A program made the translations under genes and the position numbers. Below, piece by piece: positions 39,759 through 48,224 of a DNA stretch of 64,000 nt (positions within the stretch are counted from its first letter, which is position 1; each line of letters opens with the position of its first letter). Below the pieces are notes generated by a model. It was not told the origin of the DNA and made no database searches. It worked only from the letters and a program-made list of their open reading frames with translations. Source of the stretch: a virus (Duplodnaviria > Caudoviricetes); the IMG/VR virus record IMGVR_UViG_3300028832_000004, positions 32,001-96,000 of that record, one strand, 5' to 3'.

Positions 39759-40139
39759 TTATTCTTCAATAATAATTGCACCAGCGGGCTCGAGATATTC
39801 ATGGGCGGCGCGATTCTCCATCTTACAGCCGCGGTACTGGTCCCAACCCTTGACAAAATATACAATATCCGCAGTGGACAGAAGTTCGAAAGCCTTGCCA
39901 AGGAACCACAGCGGCTTGGCATTATGCGGGGCATCCTTGAAGAAGGAGTCGATAACTTCGATCTTGCGTTCGCCTTCGGGGACGCCAAGCTGGGCGTTGA
40001 CGTAATTCTGTGCGGCTTCGATCGCACGCTTACGTTCGGCTTCGATCTGTTCGTTGGACTTGTCAACCATGGGTTGGGAAATGAAAAGTCTATGGATAGA
40101 CATTTTGGATTCTCCTTTATGGATTAAGTGAATATTCAT
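39759..40139 (-). CDS. DUF4406 / nucleoside-deoxyribosyltransferase-like protein
   Basis: LFISQPM, ELLSTADIVYF..GW...RGCKME motifs; alternative start at 40103. Confidence 0.7.
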   Translation of the reverse strand: MNIHLIHKGESKMSIHRLFISQPMVDKSNEQIEAERKRAIEAAQNYVNAQLGVPEGERKIEVIDSFFKDAPHNAKPLWFLGKAFELLSTADIVYFVKGWDQYRGCKMENRAAHEYLEPAGAIIIEE

Positions 40140-40645
40140 AATGCGCTCCGGCGTGCCCATTCTGCAATGAGAAGTGCGTCCGCGTCCTTATGCTTGGTAA
40201 TCAGCTCCGACTGGGTTGGAAACAGGCGGCATCCAATATCCATCGATGCCTTCTTCAATTCCGGCGAGCCTTTGATGCCATGCGGGAGTAGCTTGCTTTG
40301 CCAATCTCTACTATCGCAATACATGTGCGGGAGGCCAAGATCCTCTATGACGCATAGGGTCGCCTCCAACGCGCGTGCGGCGGAGATGGATGTTTTGAAA
40401 CGGAGTGGATTGATGCACGGACGTTCTAGAACGACCAATACATCGCTTGGCGGGGTTTCCGCAATTAGACCGGTTAAAAGTTTTTTAAGTGCGACATGGT
40501 CTATGCGAGAAATGAGCTGTTTCGCCTTCGTGTAGGATTGTTCTTTAAACATAGGGGTGAGAACATACCCCGGGGCAATATCGGTGCCAACCCACCCGAT
40601 GGACCCAGAAGTCCCATTGTCAATTGCAATTACTAACTTATGCAT
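40136..40645 (-). CDS. RuvC-like Holliday junction resolvase
   Basis: IAIDNGTSGSIG, VVLERP, WQ and DADALLIAEW motifs. Confidence 0.85.
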   Translation of the reverse strand: MHKLVIAIDNGTSGSIGWVGTDIAPGYVLTPMFKEQSYTKAKQLISRIDHVALKKLLTGLIAETPPSDVLVVLERPCINPLRFKTSISAARALEATLCVIEDLGLPHMYCDSRDWQSKLLPHGIKGSPELKKASMDIGCRLFPTQSELITKHKDADALLIAEWARRSAL

Positions 40646-40868
40646 GTTTTCCTTCTTGCTTTAGCTTTTGATATAATTCAGGAGTACGCTCTACCTTAGG
40701 TAGTTTACGAAAATCTAAGGCGATCGCCGTTGGAAGCCATCCGCGCTTCCCATTGCAGATAGGCGCCCCTTTAGTCCAATGGGAAGTGCTAGGCCACCGC
40801 CCTTTCACAAATACAGACCCATCGGAGCGAACGCGCATTCCAAGTGTAGGATGCATGCATTCTTCCAT
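40638..40868 (-). pseudogene. Internally deleted HNH homing-endonuclease-like remnant
   Basis: HPTLGMRVRSDGSV..HWTKG N-terminus with no HNH core. Confidence 0.4.
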
Positions 40869-40871
40869 GAA

Positions 40872-41747
40872 CTAGTCCTTTATTTTCCAACTGTTAATGG
40901 CAAGGGAGCGCAACCACTTTTCCTGATTCGGGAGGGCGACTGCAATTTCTTCTAGGGAATGCGGGATGCCGACATGTTCAAGGCACTTGCTGTAGGTGCC
41001 CAAGAAATGCGGAACGGTGGCATTCGCCCTAATGATGTTTGCCGCGGAATCGCACTCCGGGCCACATTCGATATTGCACAAATACAGGGCTTCTCGCGCA
41101 GCGGCATTCATGGCGGTTTCGCGAATGGCATTTTCGAACTCATCGCGCGTTACCAGCTCCTCGCGAATTACCGGCGGAGGTTCGACCTTCGGCGATTCAG
41201 CGGGCGCAGTTTCAGGTTCGCCTTCAGGTTTCTTATGGGCTTCTGCCTGCTTGACTTTTTCAAGTTCATCCGGTTCCTGCCAATCGCTCACATTCTCCGG
41301 GGTGCACCAATCATCCGTCGGCGGTTCGGCAGGCGCTGCGGCTTCTACCGTAACGGGAACGTTTACCGCATGAACATCATTGCCGCGTGCCGCATCAAGG
41401 TGGGCAACCACGTCCGGCTCGGCGGCGGTAAGCGCAACTGCAATCGCATCTTCAATGTCGGAAGGTTTCTTGGGTTCGGGGAGTGTTGCCACCTGAATAG
41501 GATCGAGGCCATCGCATGCCTCAATGCAGGCGAGGAGAACATCAAAAGTAATGCCATCCAAATTGACGGAGCCGCCATCAAAGGTGAGGTATTTGAGTTC
41601 ACCACCGTTTTCGAGGTATTTGAATCTTCCGATTTCGCGGATCTTGCCTTCGGGCGTTCCCGTATATTTTCGGGTACACGGCTGATTGTAATCGACAACG
41701 CCGCACATATAGCGTAATTGCTTAGATTGTGATTTCGTAATATTCAT
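40872..41747 (-). CDS. Hypothetical protein with Pro/Glu-rich linker
   Basis: 291-aa ORF; CGTATAAT box 5 nt upstream. Confidence 0.65.
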   Translation of the reverse strand: MNITKSQSKQLRYMCGVVDYNQPCTRKYTGTPEGKIREIGRFKYLENGGELKYLTFDGGSVNLDGITFDVLLACIEACDGLDPIQVATLPEPKKPSDIEDAIAVALTAAEPDVVAHLDAARGNDVHAVNVPVTVEAAAPAEPPTDDWCTPENVSDWQEPDELEKVKQAEAHKKPEGEPETAPAESPKVEPPPVIREELVTRDEFENAIRETAMNAAAREALYLCNIECGPECDSAANIIRANATVPHFLGTYSKCLEHVGIPHSLEEIAVALPNQEKWLRSLAINSWKIKD

Positions 41748-42026
41748 ATGTAATTATACGAGGTATGCGATGCCAACGGACAAAAAAGAATATAATCAGG
41801 ACTACTATAGAAAGCATCCTGATATTTGGAAGAAAAATTATGAGAAGAACGCCCCTGCCCGAAGGGCGCGTGCGCGTTCTTATGCGGAAAATAAATGGAA
41901 CAATGACCCGGAATATAAAAAGAAGCATATCGAAAATACCATCAGGCGCACGCGCACCCGGCGCATAGCTGGCGCCATAATCAAAAGCACCGCCAAGGTG
42001 ATTTCTGTGCTAGAAAAGCTTTTATA

Positions 42027-42060
42027 GGGTGTCTTTTTCAAACGAGGGATGTATATTTAA
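42027..42060 (+). promoter_or_regulatory. Early promoter, copy 6
   Basis: GTGTCTTTTTCA (42029-42040), N11, TATATT. Confidence 0.8.
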
Positions 42061-42530
42061 GGTAGGCGGCGATGTTGCCTGCCTTTTAATTAAACCGAAT
42101 GAAGGGCTTATGACTGAGAAAATCCAAATCAACGACAGTAATTGGCATTGGTCAAAACCATCCTCTTCGTACAACCATAACTACTACTTTGACACGACCG
42201 CCAAAGGATCCGGTTGGTTCTTGGAAGAATGCGATGACGACGTGGGCGACTGCCTCTACTATGAATGCAACACTAAACTTGAAAAAATCAAATATCTCGG
42301 CTACACCAACCGTGAAGGTTCCCATCTTCATCATACTGGCGAATGCCTTGAGCTTGATCCGGATATGCCCCGAACAAGAGCCTATGGAGTTCACGGCTAT
42401 CCCAATTTCCGATGGCATCAAGGGAATGTATAAATTCGGGGATTCTACCGATGCCGTCCACTTGAAACGGCTTACTAAACTCGCAAACGTATAAAAGCGA
42501 TTATTACACTAGCATCCCAAAAAAATTAAA

Positions 42531-42926
42531 ATGCAAGACTCTTCCGAAATACCATCTTGGGAAGCCCTTATCGCCACCCGCATGCGCCCATGTGCTACCA
42601 TGCCCAAGGAGGTAGACCCCTCAAAGCGGGCCAAGAAAATAAGTGACGCCCGTTTTGGCAAGACGCAAAAGAAACGGGATTCATATAAGGCATGGGCGCA
42701 AACCCCGGCGGGAAAAGAATCCATCAAAAAATCCCATCGCAAGTATGATGCCTCCCCGAAAGGTAAGGCAAACTCGCAGCGTAAACGGGACAAATATTAC
42801 GCAACGCATAAGGATGACCCCGAATTCAAGGCCCGAAAAAATGCGCGTAACCGTGCCTACCGGGCCCGTAAGAAAGCAAAGGAATCCGGTATATTAGAAA
42901 ACACAATAAAGGATGCTGGCATATGA
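42531..42926 (+). CDS. Highly basic hypothetical protein
   Basis: Repeated (T/S)P(A/K)GK motifs; Lys/Arg-rich. Confidence 0.55.
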   Translation: MQDSSEIPSWEALIATRMRPCATMPKEVDPSKRAKKISDARFGKTQKKRDSYKAWAQTPAGKESIKKSHRKYDASPKGKANSQRKRDKYYATHKDDPEFKARKNARNRAYRARKKAKESGILENTIKDAGI

Positions 42927-43068
42927 AATGGATATGGCTCATTATCGGATGCTTCTTTTGGATAATCGGATGGATTATCCAGCTAATATGTATTTGGACC
43001 CATTCGTTGCTCAATTGAATTGAAGAATGGCTCGACTACTGCGAATATCACATTAACAGGTGTGGCCG

Positions 43069-43197
43069 ATGAAAATCTTCCGCTGCGGCAAATGCCATAA
43101 ACATTTCCTCGCCGAATACGAGGTGAATAAATGGACGATCGGATGGTGTCCGGAATGCAAGGCCATCCGCCGAATTTACTTCGAGCGCGAGGATTAA
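43069..43197 (+). CDS. 42-aa zinc-ribbon protein (below the ORF-track cutoff)
   Basis: MKIFRCGKC...WCPECK. Confidence 0.55.
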   Translation: MKIFRCGKCHKHFLAEYEVNKWTIGWCPECKAIRRIYFERED

Positions 43198-43247
43198 CGT
43201 GCCATTGTGAATTGATGTTCGTATATTATTCAACAAAGGAAAATCAC

Positions 43248-43331
43248 ATGAAGCAGTATTACGCAAATAATTTCAATTTTGAAGCAGCGGCCAGTTCCGA
43301 GGCTTCGATCTTGCATATACCGCAGCGGTGA
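43248..43331 (+). CDS. Leader peptide of the tRNA operon (MKQYYANNFNFEAAASSEASILHIPQR)
   Basis: TTCGTATATT box at 43218-43227; AAAGGA RBS; double stop TGA-TAA. Confidence 0.7.
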   Translation: MKQYYANNFNFEAAASSEASILHIPQR

Positions 43332-43356
43332 TAAACTCCAAAAGAAGTGTAAATGG

Positions 43357-43390
43357 AATCCGCTGCATAAACAGCGGATTTTTTATTTAT
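43357..43390 (+). terminator. Attenuator-type terminator directly before the first tRNA
   Basis: AATCCGCTG/CAGCGGATT stem followed by TTTTATTT. Confidence 0.8.
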
Positions 43391-43392
43391 AT

Positions 43393-43464
43393 GGCGCCAT
43401 AGGCAAGCGGTTACGCCTCCGGAATTTCACTCCGGCAACTGCGGTTCGACTCCGCATGGCGCTA
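43393..43464 (+). tRNA. tRNA-Glu(UUC)
   Basis: Anticodon arm CCGGA-ATTTCAC-TCCGG; T-loop GGTTCGACTCC. Confidence 0.85.
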
Positions 43465-43475
43465 CTAATTATTAC

Positions 43476-43560
43476 GGGCAGTTATGCAAGCGGCTTTAAA
43501 GCACGGTGACTGTAAATCATCTCCCTAACGGGTTCGGGGGTTCGAATCCCTCACGGCCCA
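43476..43560 (+). tRNA. tRNA-Tyr(GUA)
   Basis: GGTGA-CTGTAAA-TCATC; long variable arm; GGTTCGAATCC. Confidence 0.9.
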
Positions 43561-43566
43561 TTATAT

Positions 43567-43639
43567 TGGATTGTAGCTCAATTGGTAGAGCGCTTGGCCG
43601 TTAACCAAGATGTTGCAGGTTCGAGTCCTGCCTTTCCAG
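43567..43639 (+). tRNA. tRNA-Asn(GUU)
   Basis: CTTGG-CCGTTAA-CCAAG; canonical D and T arms; C33. Confidence 0.85.
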
Positions 43640-43645
43640 CTAAAC

Positions 43646-43727
43646 GGAAGCGTCCCACAACTGGTGGTGGAGCGGTCTTGAAAACCGCCGGCCATAAGGT
43701 TTGGGGGTTCGAATCCCTCCGCTTCCG
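43646..43727 (+). tRNA. tRNA-Ser(UGA)
   Basis: GCGGT-CTTGAAA-ACCGC; long variable arm. Confidence 0.9.
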
Positions 43728-43731
43728 CTAT

Positions 43732-43818
43732 AGAGGCGTGGGTGAGTGGTCTAAACCGCCTCCCTGCTAAGGAGGTACTCTGAGATACGAGTCGCTGGTC
43801 CGAATCCAGCCGCCTCTA
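43732..43818 (+). tRNA. tRNA-Ser(GCU)
   Basis: CCTCC-CTGCTAA-GGAGG; long variable arm; T-loop GGTCCGAAT. Confidence 0.85.
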
Positions 43819-43962
43819 CGAATTTGCCTAATCTGTTTCAACTTGCCGATCGGCCCTTTCGTATATTTAGATGTACCTGATCCTATCAAGCCCCGGACGC
43901 CTCTTCCATTGCATCCGGGGCTTTCGTGTAGAATGGCGCAAAACAAAGGTATATTTTCAGGT

Positions 43963-44481
43963 ATGGCACATAGTTATAATGTAATCACCAAGCACGCGGA
44001 TTTTAAGGAGTATATCGCGCTCAAACACCTAGTCCAAATACAGGGCTATGTTACGGACGTTTATCTCCCGATAAAAGGTGAGTATGATCCTAAAACGCGT
44101 ACCGGATCCATCTACAACTCGAAGGACCATGAATATCGATATGCCGACAATCCGGACTTCCAAGCCCGCGTAGCATACACAGACCCGCAGACGGATATGT
44201 TCGATCGGGGGCGCGTAATGGAAGTGAACTACACAAATATCGCATATACGCTCAAGCGCCTGCCTCCGGATATCCCTCCCGCAGGCCCCGGGCAATATCG
44301 GCCCAAATATGCGGATAAATACTGCCCCGGCGATATTGTCCAGTTCTCAAAGCTATACGTGCATTACGGATCTATGGACCTTAGCTACTTCGTGCGCCAA
44401 ATCACAGTTATCCGCAACCCCAACGCCAAGAGCGTGGATGACGAGGCACTGATCCGTCTTGAACTGGTAATCCACATCTAA
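43963..44481 (+). CDS. Possible head-closure or neck protein (gp14-like)
   Basis: VQIQGYVTDVYLP..SIY pattern; weak similarity judged by eye. Confidence 0.4.
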   Translation: MAHSYNVITKHADFKEYIALKHLVQIQGYVTDVYLPIKGEYDPKTRTGSIYNSKDHEYRYADNPDFQARVAYTDPQTDMFDRGRVMEVNYTNIAYTLKRLPPDIPPAGPGQYRPKYADKYCPGDIVQFSKLYVHYGSMDLSYFVRQITVIRNPNAKSVDDEALIRLELVIHI

Positions 44482-44495
44482 CAAAAGGACACAAT

Positions 44496-44816
44496 ATGCA
44501 TAGAATACGACTTATCAAACACGAGGCATTGGAGAAGATCAATGCCACCAATGCCACAGAACCGGTAGCGGATATAACATCCCCGAAGGATATGGACGTG
44601 CTGAAGGTGGCGGCGAGTCTTGCAAATGGATACCCCACCACGTGGCGCATCGCAAATGAGCTACGCTTATCCACGCAGACAACCCAAAAGCGGTTGAATG
44701 ACCTTATGGCAGCCGGTCTCTTGGAAGTTTCTAAGCGAGGCAACTTCAATTATTATTATCTCACGCCGACTGGCAAGAAGGCTTTAGCGCGTAGCATGAA
44801 GTTTAATTCGCCATAA
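44496..44816 (+). CDS. Winged-helix DNA-binding protein with candidate capsid-targeting propeptide
   Basis: MHRIRLIKHE|A; TWRIANELRLSTQTTQKRLNDL..GLL...YYLTPTG. Confidence 0.75.
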   Translation: MHRIRLIKHEALEKINATNATEPVADITSPKDMDVLKVAASLANGYPTTWRIANELRLSTQTTQKRLNDLMAAGLLEVSKRGNFNYYYLTPTGKKALARSMKFNSP

Positions 44817-44899
44817 ACGCGCATATAAGCCCGGAAAATAATAAAGGCGCCCAAATACATGGGTGCCTTCTTTTATCGCCTTAAAAACGCCGTATTGCG

Positions 44900-45406
44900 C
44901 TAGTCGCCATAATCCGCCGGAACGATGGACGCGAAATAAATAGATTCCAGCTCCATTTGATTGCCGGGCATCATTTGCCCAATGCCCGACAGCCCATACG
45001 CCATCTTCCCGGCGCCCTTGAGGATCAATTCCTGTGCGGCACGCCCTTCCGGGGTATTGTGCAAGGCAATGTCGATACAATCGCCTTGACTACCGCAAAC
45101 GCGTACCACATGCCCCGCCACCCCGACCTTGCGGCTGGCGAAGGCTTCTGCCGTGACATCCCGCTGTATCACCTCACGCGAGACGGATTCCCCGGGGAAG
45201 CCAAGGGTCACGCAACGCTGATTTTCGGGGCGCTTCATGAATTCATCAAACGCGCCCGGCGCAATTTCAATATGGCGGTTATTGACCGGACCGAGAGAAA
45301 TCTCAACGCGAACGCGCCTCGGATTGCGCGTGAAGAGTCCGGCAAGCCATTTGAAAAATCTCATATTGCCTCCTTTGTTAATTTTTGGCGAATAGTATGC
45401 AACCAC
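44900..45406 (-). CDS. Degenerate prohead-protease paralog
   Basis: VAGHVV and HNTPEG match gp21; the SSR motif is replaced by GLS. Confidence 0.55.
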   Translation of the reverse strand: MVAYYSPKINKGGNMRFFKWLAGLFTRNPRRVRVEISLGPVNNRHIEIAPGAFDEFMKRPENQRCVTLGFPGESVSREVIQRDVTAEAFASRKVGVAGHVVRVCGSQGDCIDIALHNTPEGRAAQELILKGAGKMAYGLSGIGQMMPGNQMELESIYFASIVPADYGD

Positions 45407-45412
45407 TTCGCA

Positions 45413-46351
45413 TTACACATCTCGTTTTCCGGAATACGCATATTTCAAGGTAGGGAAGCGCAAGCTGTATTTTCCATCCTGAGCAACCGTTTCTTCGAAA
45501 TACTTAACACAAATGTCCGAACCAATAATTTTAGACGGGTCATTATACCATTCAATACGCTGCTCTCGGGTAAGGCCTGCGCCAACGTTCACGGTATTCC
45601 CCTTATAGTTAATGACTAGGGAACGTACACCTGTAAAAGTTTCGTTGCCTTTACCGGGGATTGCCGTTGTCATTTCACCAACAACTACATCCAAAACGGT
45701 AGCCTCCAAGTCCGAAAATTTCTTGACCTTCAAAAGATCCTTAGTGCGCCCGGATTGATAAAATGTGTTCTTGCGGAGCATAAAGCCTTCCCAGTTGCCT
45801 TCGGACACGTATCCGGACCAACGGTCGAAGTCGTCCTGGCTGCGGAGAAGTTCCTGCTTGAGCAGCTTGACATAACAACGGTCATGCGGAAGGGAGGAGT
45901 ACTCGAATGCCAAGTCAGCAAGGCGCTTGAAGCGAACAGCCAAAATTTCTTTGGACTTGCCTTCGCAGAATTCATCGTAGGTGAGTATGTCGAACACCTG
46001 ATAGCAGCAATCTTCAATCATGTAGTCCTTGCGGCGAATTTCCTTCATCATCGACTGGAAGTCTTCATCGCCGTTAGCGTCTACCTTGCAAAGTTCGCCG
46101 TCGAGAACCCACTTGCCGGTAAGCGGTGCGCAGAAGCGGCTTACGCCGGGCTTGAGATTTTCGAGAGTGGTGAATTCCTTGTTTTGGCGGGAGCGGAATT
46201 CAACAGTGCCTTCATCCACGTCCACGATCGCCACGCACCGGCAATTATGCTTTAAAATTCCATTGCAAAAAAAACAATGGGTACCTTCCACAGTCAACTC
46301 ATACGTATCTTGCGGAGGTATTTTAGTAATTCTATTTATGGTCGCAAACAT
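45413..46351 (-). CDS. Split-intein C-half (36 aa) plus ATP-dependent DNA ligase C-terminal part
   Basis: TYELTVEGTHCFFCNGILKHN|C; then VLDGEL, VFD, EGFML, LLKVK and SLRFP ligase motifs. Confidence 0.9.
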   Translation of the reverse strand: MFATINRITKIPPQDTYELTVEGTHCFFCNGILKHNCRCVAIVDVDEGTVEFRSRQNKEFTTLENLKPGVSRFCAPLTGKWVLDGELCKVDANGDEDFQSMMKEIRRKDYMIEDCCYQVFDILTYDEFCEGKSKEILAVRFKRLADLAFEYSSLPHDRCYVKLLKQELLRSQDDFDRWSGYVSEGNWEGFMLRKNTFYQSGRTKDLLKVKKFSDLEATVLDVVVGEMTTAIPGKGNETFTGVRSLVINYKGNTVNVGAGLTREQRIEWYNDPSKIIGSDICVKYFEETVAQDGKYSLRFPTLKYAYSGKRDV

Positions 46352-46576
46352 GAGCGCCCTCCATTCTAATATGATTCTTTAAAATAAAATCAACAATGTT
46401 TTTATACGAACCATCTTTTACCTGAGATTCCCATATGACATATACGGTATATCCAAAAGATTCAAGATGGCGCTTGCGAATTGCATCCTGGCGCCATATA
46501 GCGGCAGCGCAATAGCGGCAGCGCAATAGAGTGTTACGCGTTCGGGAGCTACCCTAGCCGCACATAAAACATACAT
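46332..46576 (-). pseudogene. Vsr/DUF559-like homing endonuclease remnant
   Basis: IW..D..R...L...GY.V.VIWES C-terminal motif; frameshifted by a 14-bp duplication. Confidence 0.7.
46499..46526. repeat. 14-bp tandem direct repeat
   Basis: TAGCGGCAGCGCAA twice. Confidence 0.95.
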
Positions 46577-46578
46577 AA

Positions 46579-47397
46579 TTATATGCTATCTATCGCCAAC
46601 TCATCTCCGGGAGCGAGGGCGTCTACGCGAACCCAGCCCTTGCCTTTCACATATAAAGAATCATTCCCAGTTATTTTCAAGGAGCGACCATCTTTCAGCT
46701 CAAGCAAAAACCATTCTTTTTGACCCGGGTCGGCATCCGGCACATTATGCATCCAATCGGTTATATCGGAATACACAACGCGGCCGGTCGCAACATCATA
46801 TGATTTGATTTTTCCTTGCAATTTTTTATCAACGACCTCCGATATAGGCAAAACACCGTGACCTTCAATCTCAACCAAGGTGTCCCCCGAGACACAGCCA
46901 TCGCACTTGCGACTTGCGTAGTAGGTGCCGTTGACCGGATTCACGCCCTTGACCTTTTCGAGATGCTGGGCGAGCGCCACCTCGAACTTTTCGGAGATGC
47001 CCAAAACTTCGGCACGCCATGTCTTCCAGCTAATGCCCATCTTGAGGTCGCGGTCAAGAACCTGCTTCAACAGTTCACGCGTTTCATCATCACGAATAAA
47101 CGAGAGGATGCTACGAATAGCCTCGACAGCAGCATTTCCTGTAATTTCGCGCTTCGCAAACTTGGCGAGGAGCGCGTGGAAATCTCGGTAGTAGTCCGGG
47201 ATTTCTTTGATGCCGCTGCAGGTAACTTCTCCAACGTCCTTCGAGGTCACGCCATAAGTGATGCTCGGGTCCATTGCATCGGCAACGATTTGGTCGATGA
47301 GTTGGTTATGGTGTTCTTTTGCGTAGGCGACCTTTGCGGTGGTGCCCGGGATGGAGCGGATTGTTTCAAAGAATTCGCTAATAAGCATGTTATGCAC
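46579..47397 (-). CDS. ATP-dependent DNA ligase N-terminal part plus split-intein N-half (105 aa)
   Basis: ITGNAA, DRDLKMG and KCDG (motif I), then CVSGDTLV (block A) and LKITGND (block B). Confidence 0.9.
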   Translation of the reverse strand: MHNMLISEFFETIRSIPGTTAKVAYAKEHHNQLIDQIVADAMDPSITYGVTSKDVGEVTCSGIKEIPDYYRDFHALLAKFAKREITGNAAVEAIRSILSFIRDDETRELLKQVLDRDLKMGISWKTWRAEVLGISEKFEVALAQHLEKVKGVNPVNGTYYASRKCDGCVSGDTLVEIEGHGVLPISEVVDKKLQGKIKSYDVATGRVVYSDITDWMHNVPDADPGQKEWFLLELKDGRSLKITGNDSLYVKGKGWVRVDALAPGDELAIDSI

Positions 47398-48064
47398 TCC
47401 TTTTGATTACGGCGTATACCTTGAAATCCTTGCCCTTGCGCCAAGCATCGGCGGCGGCCTTGATACCGCAAAGGGCACTTTCATAACGTTCCTTGCAGGT
47501 CCACGGAAGGACTCGTGCCAAAAATAGGCCGCGAGGCGTGATCGGGCGCTTGGAGCCTGCGTTGCTCTTGCGGTCATACCAGCCCGAAATGCAAGCGTCG
47601 TATAATGCGGTGGCATCACTACCGGCCTTGACCACGTATTCGCGCAATGTATCTCGTTCATCCGGCCTGCCAATAAGCGTCAGCAAGTCCACAGTGCCTT
47701 CGCCATCGGAGGAGGCGCCCTTGGTCACATTATTCTTGTGCTTGGATTCGACGCGAATGTCCGTGCCGGTAAGGCGGCGAAGCTGCGTTGCCACGTAAGT
47801 AGGCAATGAAGCATCACCATTCGGATCCCAACGGAGGCAGGCGATGCAGAAAATCAAGTTGGCACGTGCCTCAAGTTCCTTTGGGTCCATCGGGGTGCGC
47901 GAGCTGTGATAGTATACCGCATAGTCGATGACATTCTTGCACTGGGCATAATACTTATCCTTGTTAAGTTCCCAGCGCTGCCACGTTTCAGGGGAAATCT
48001 CGGAGAGGTGTGCTTGATAATCGTCCCGGTAAAGACCGGTACTTGGGCGTAATTCTAATTCCAT
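47390..48064 (-). CDS. Sigma-70 region-2-like phage transcription factor
   Basis: DPKELEARANLIFCIACLRWDPNGDASLPTYV resembles sigma regions 2.2-2.3. Confidence 0.6.
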   Translation of the reverse strand: MELELRPSTGLYRDDYQAHLSEISPETWQRWELNKDKYYAQCKNVIDYAVYYHSSRTPMDPKELEARANLIFCIACLRWDPNGDASLPTYVATQLRRLTGTDIRVESKHKNNVTKGASSDGEGTVDLLTLIGRPDERDTLREYVVKAGSDATALYDACISGWYDRKSNAGSKRPITPRGLFLARVLPWTCKERYESALCGIKAAADAWRKGKDFKVYAVIKRSA

Positions 48065-48140
48065 TGCTTCTTTCCTTGTTGATGGGCGTTATTGCCCCGA
48101 ATGATTATAATATAGATTCATTTATTGAAAAAGACACTCC
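48065..48140 (-). promoter_or_regulatory. Early promoter cassette, copy 7
   Basis: GTGTCTTTTTCA (48126-48137), N11, TATATT; AAGGAAAG RBS. Confidence 0.85.
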
Positions 48141-48224
48141 TATTAGGTAATTTTTCTGAAAAATTTTATAGGGACAAAGAAAAAGGCAGGAATCTTCCTG
48201 CCTTAAAATCTGAAGACTTGCGGT

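Noticed and set aside
43263-43292. ANNFNFEAAA as an ssrA tag mimic
   Set aside because: It is internal rather than C-terminal, and the attenuator reading explains the composition better.
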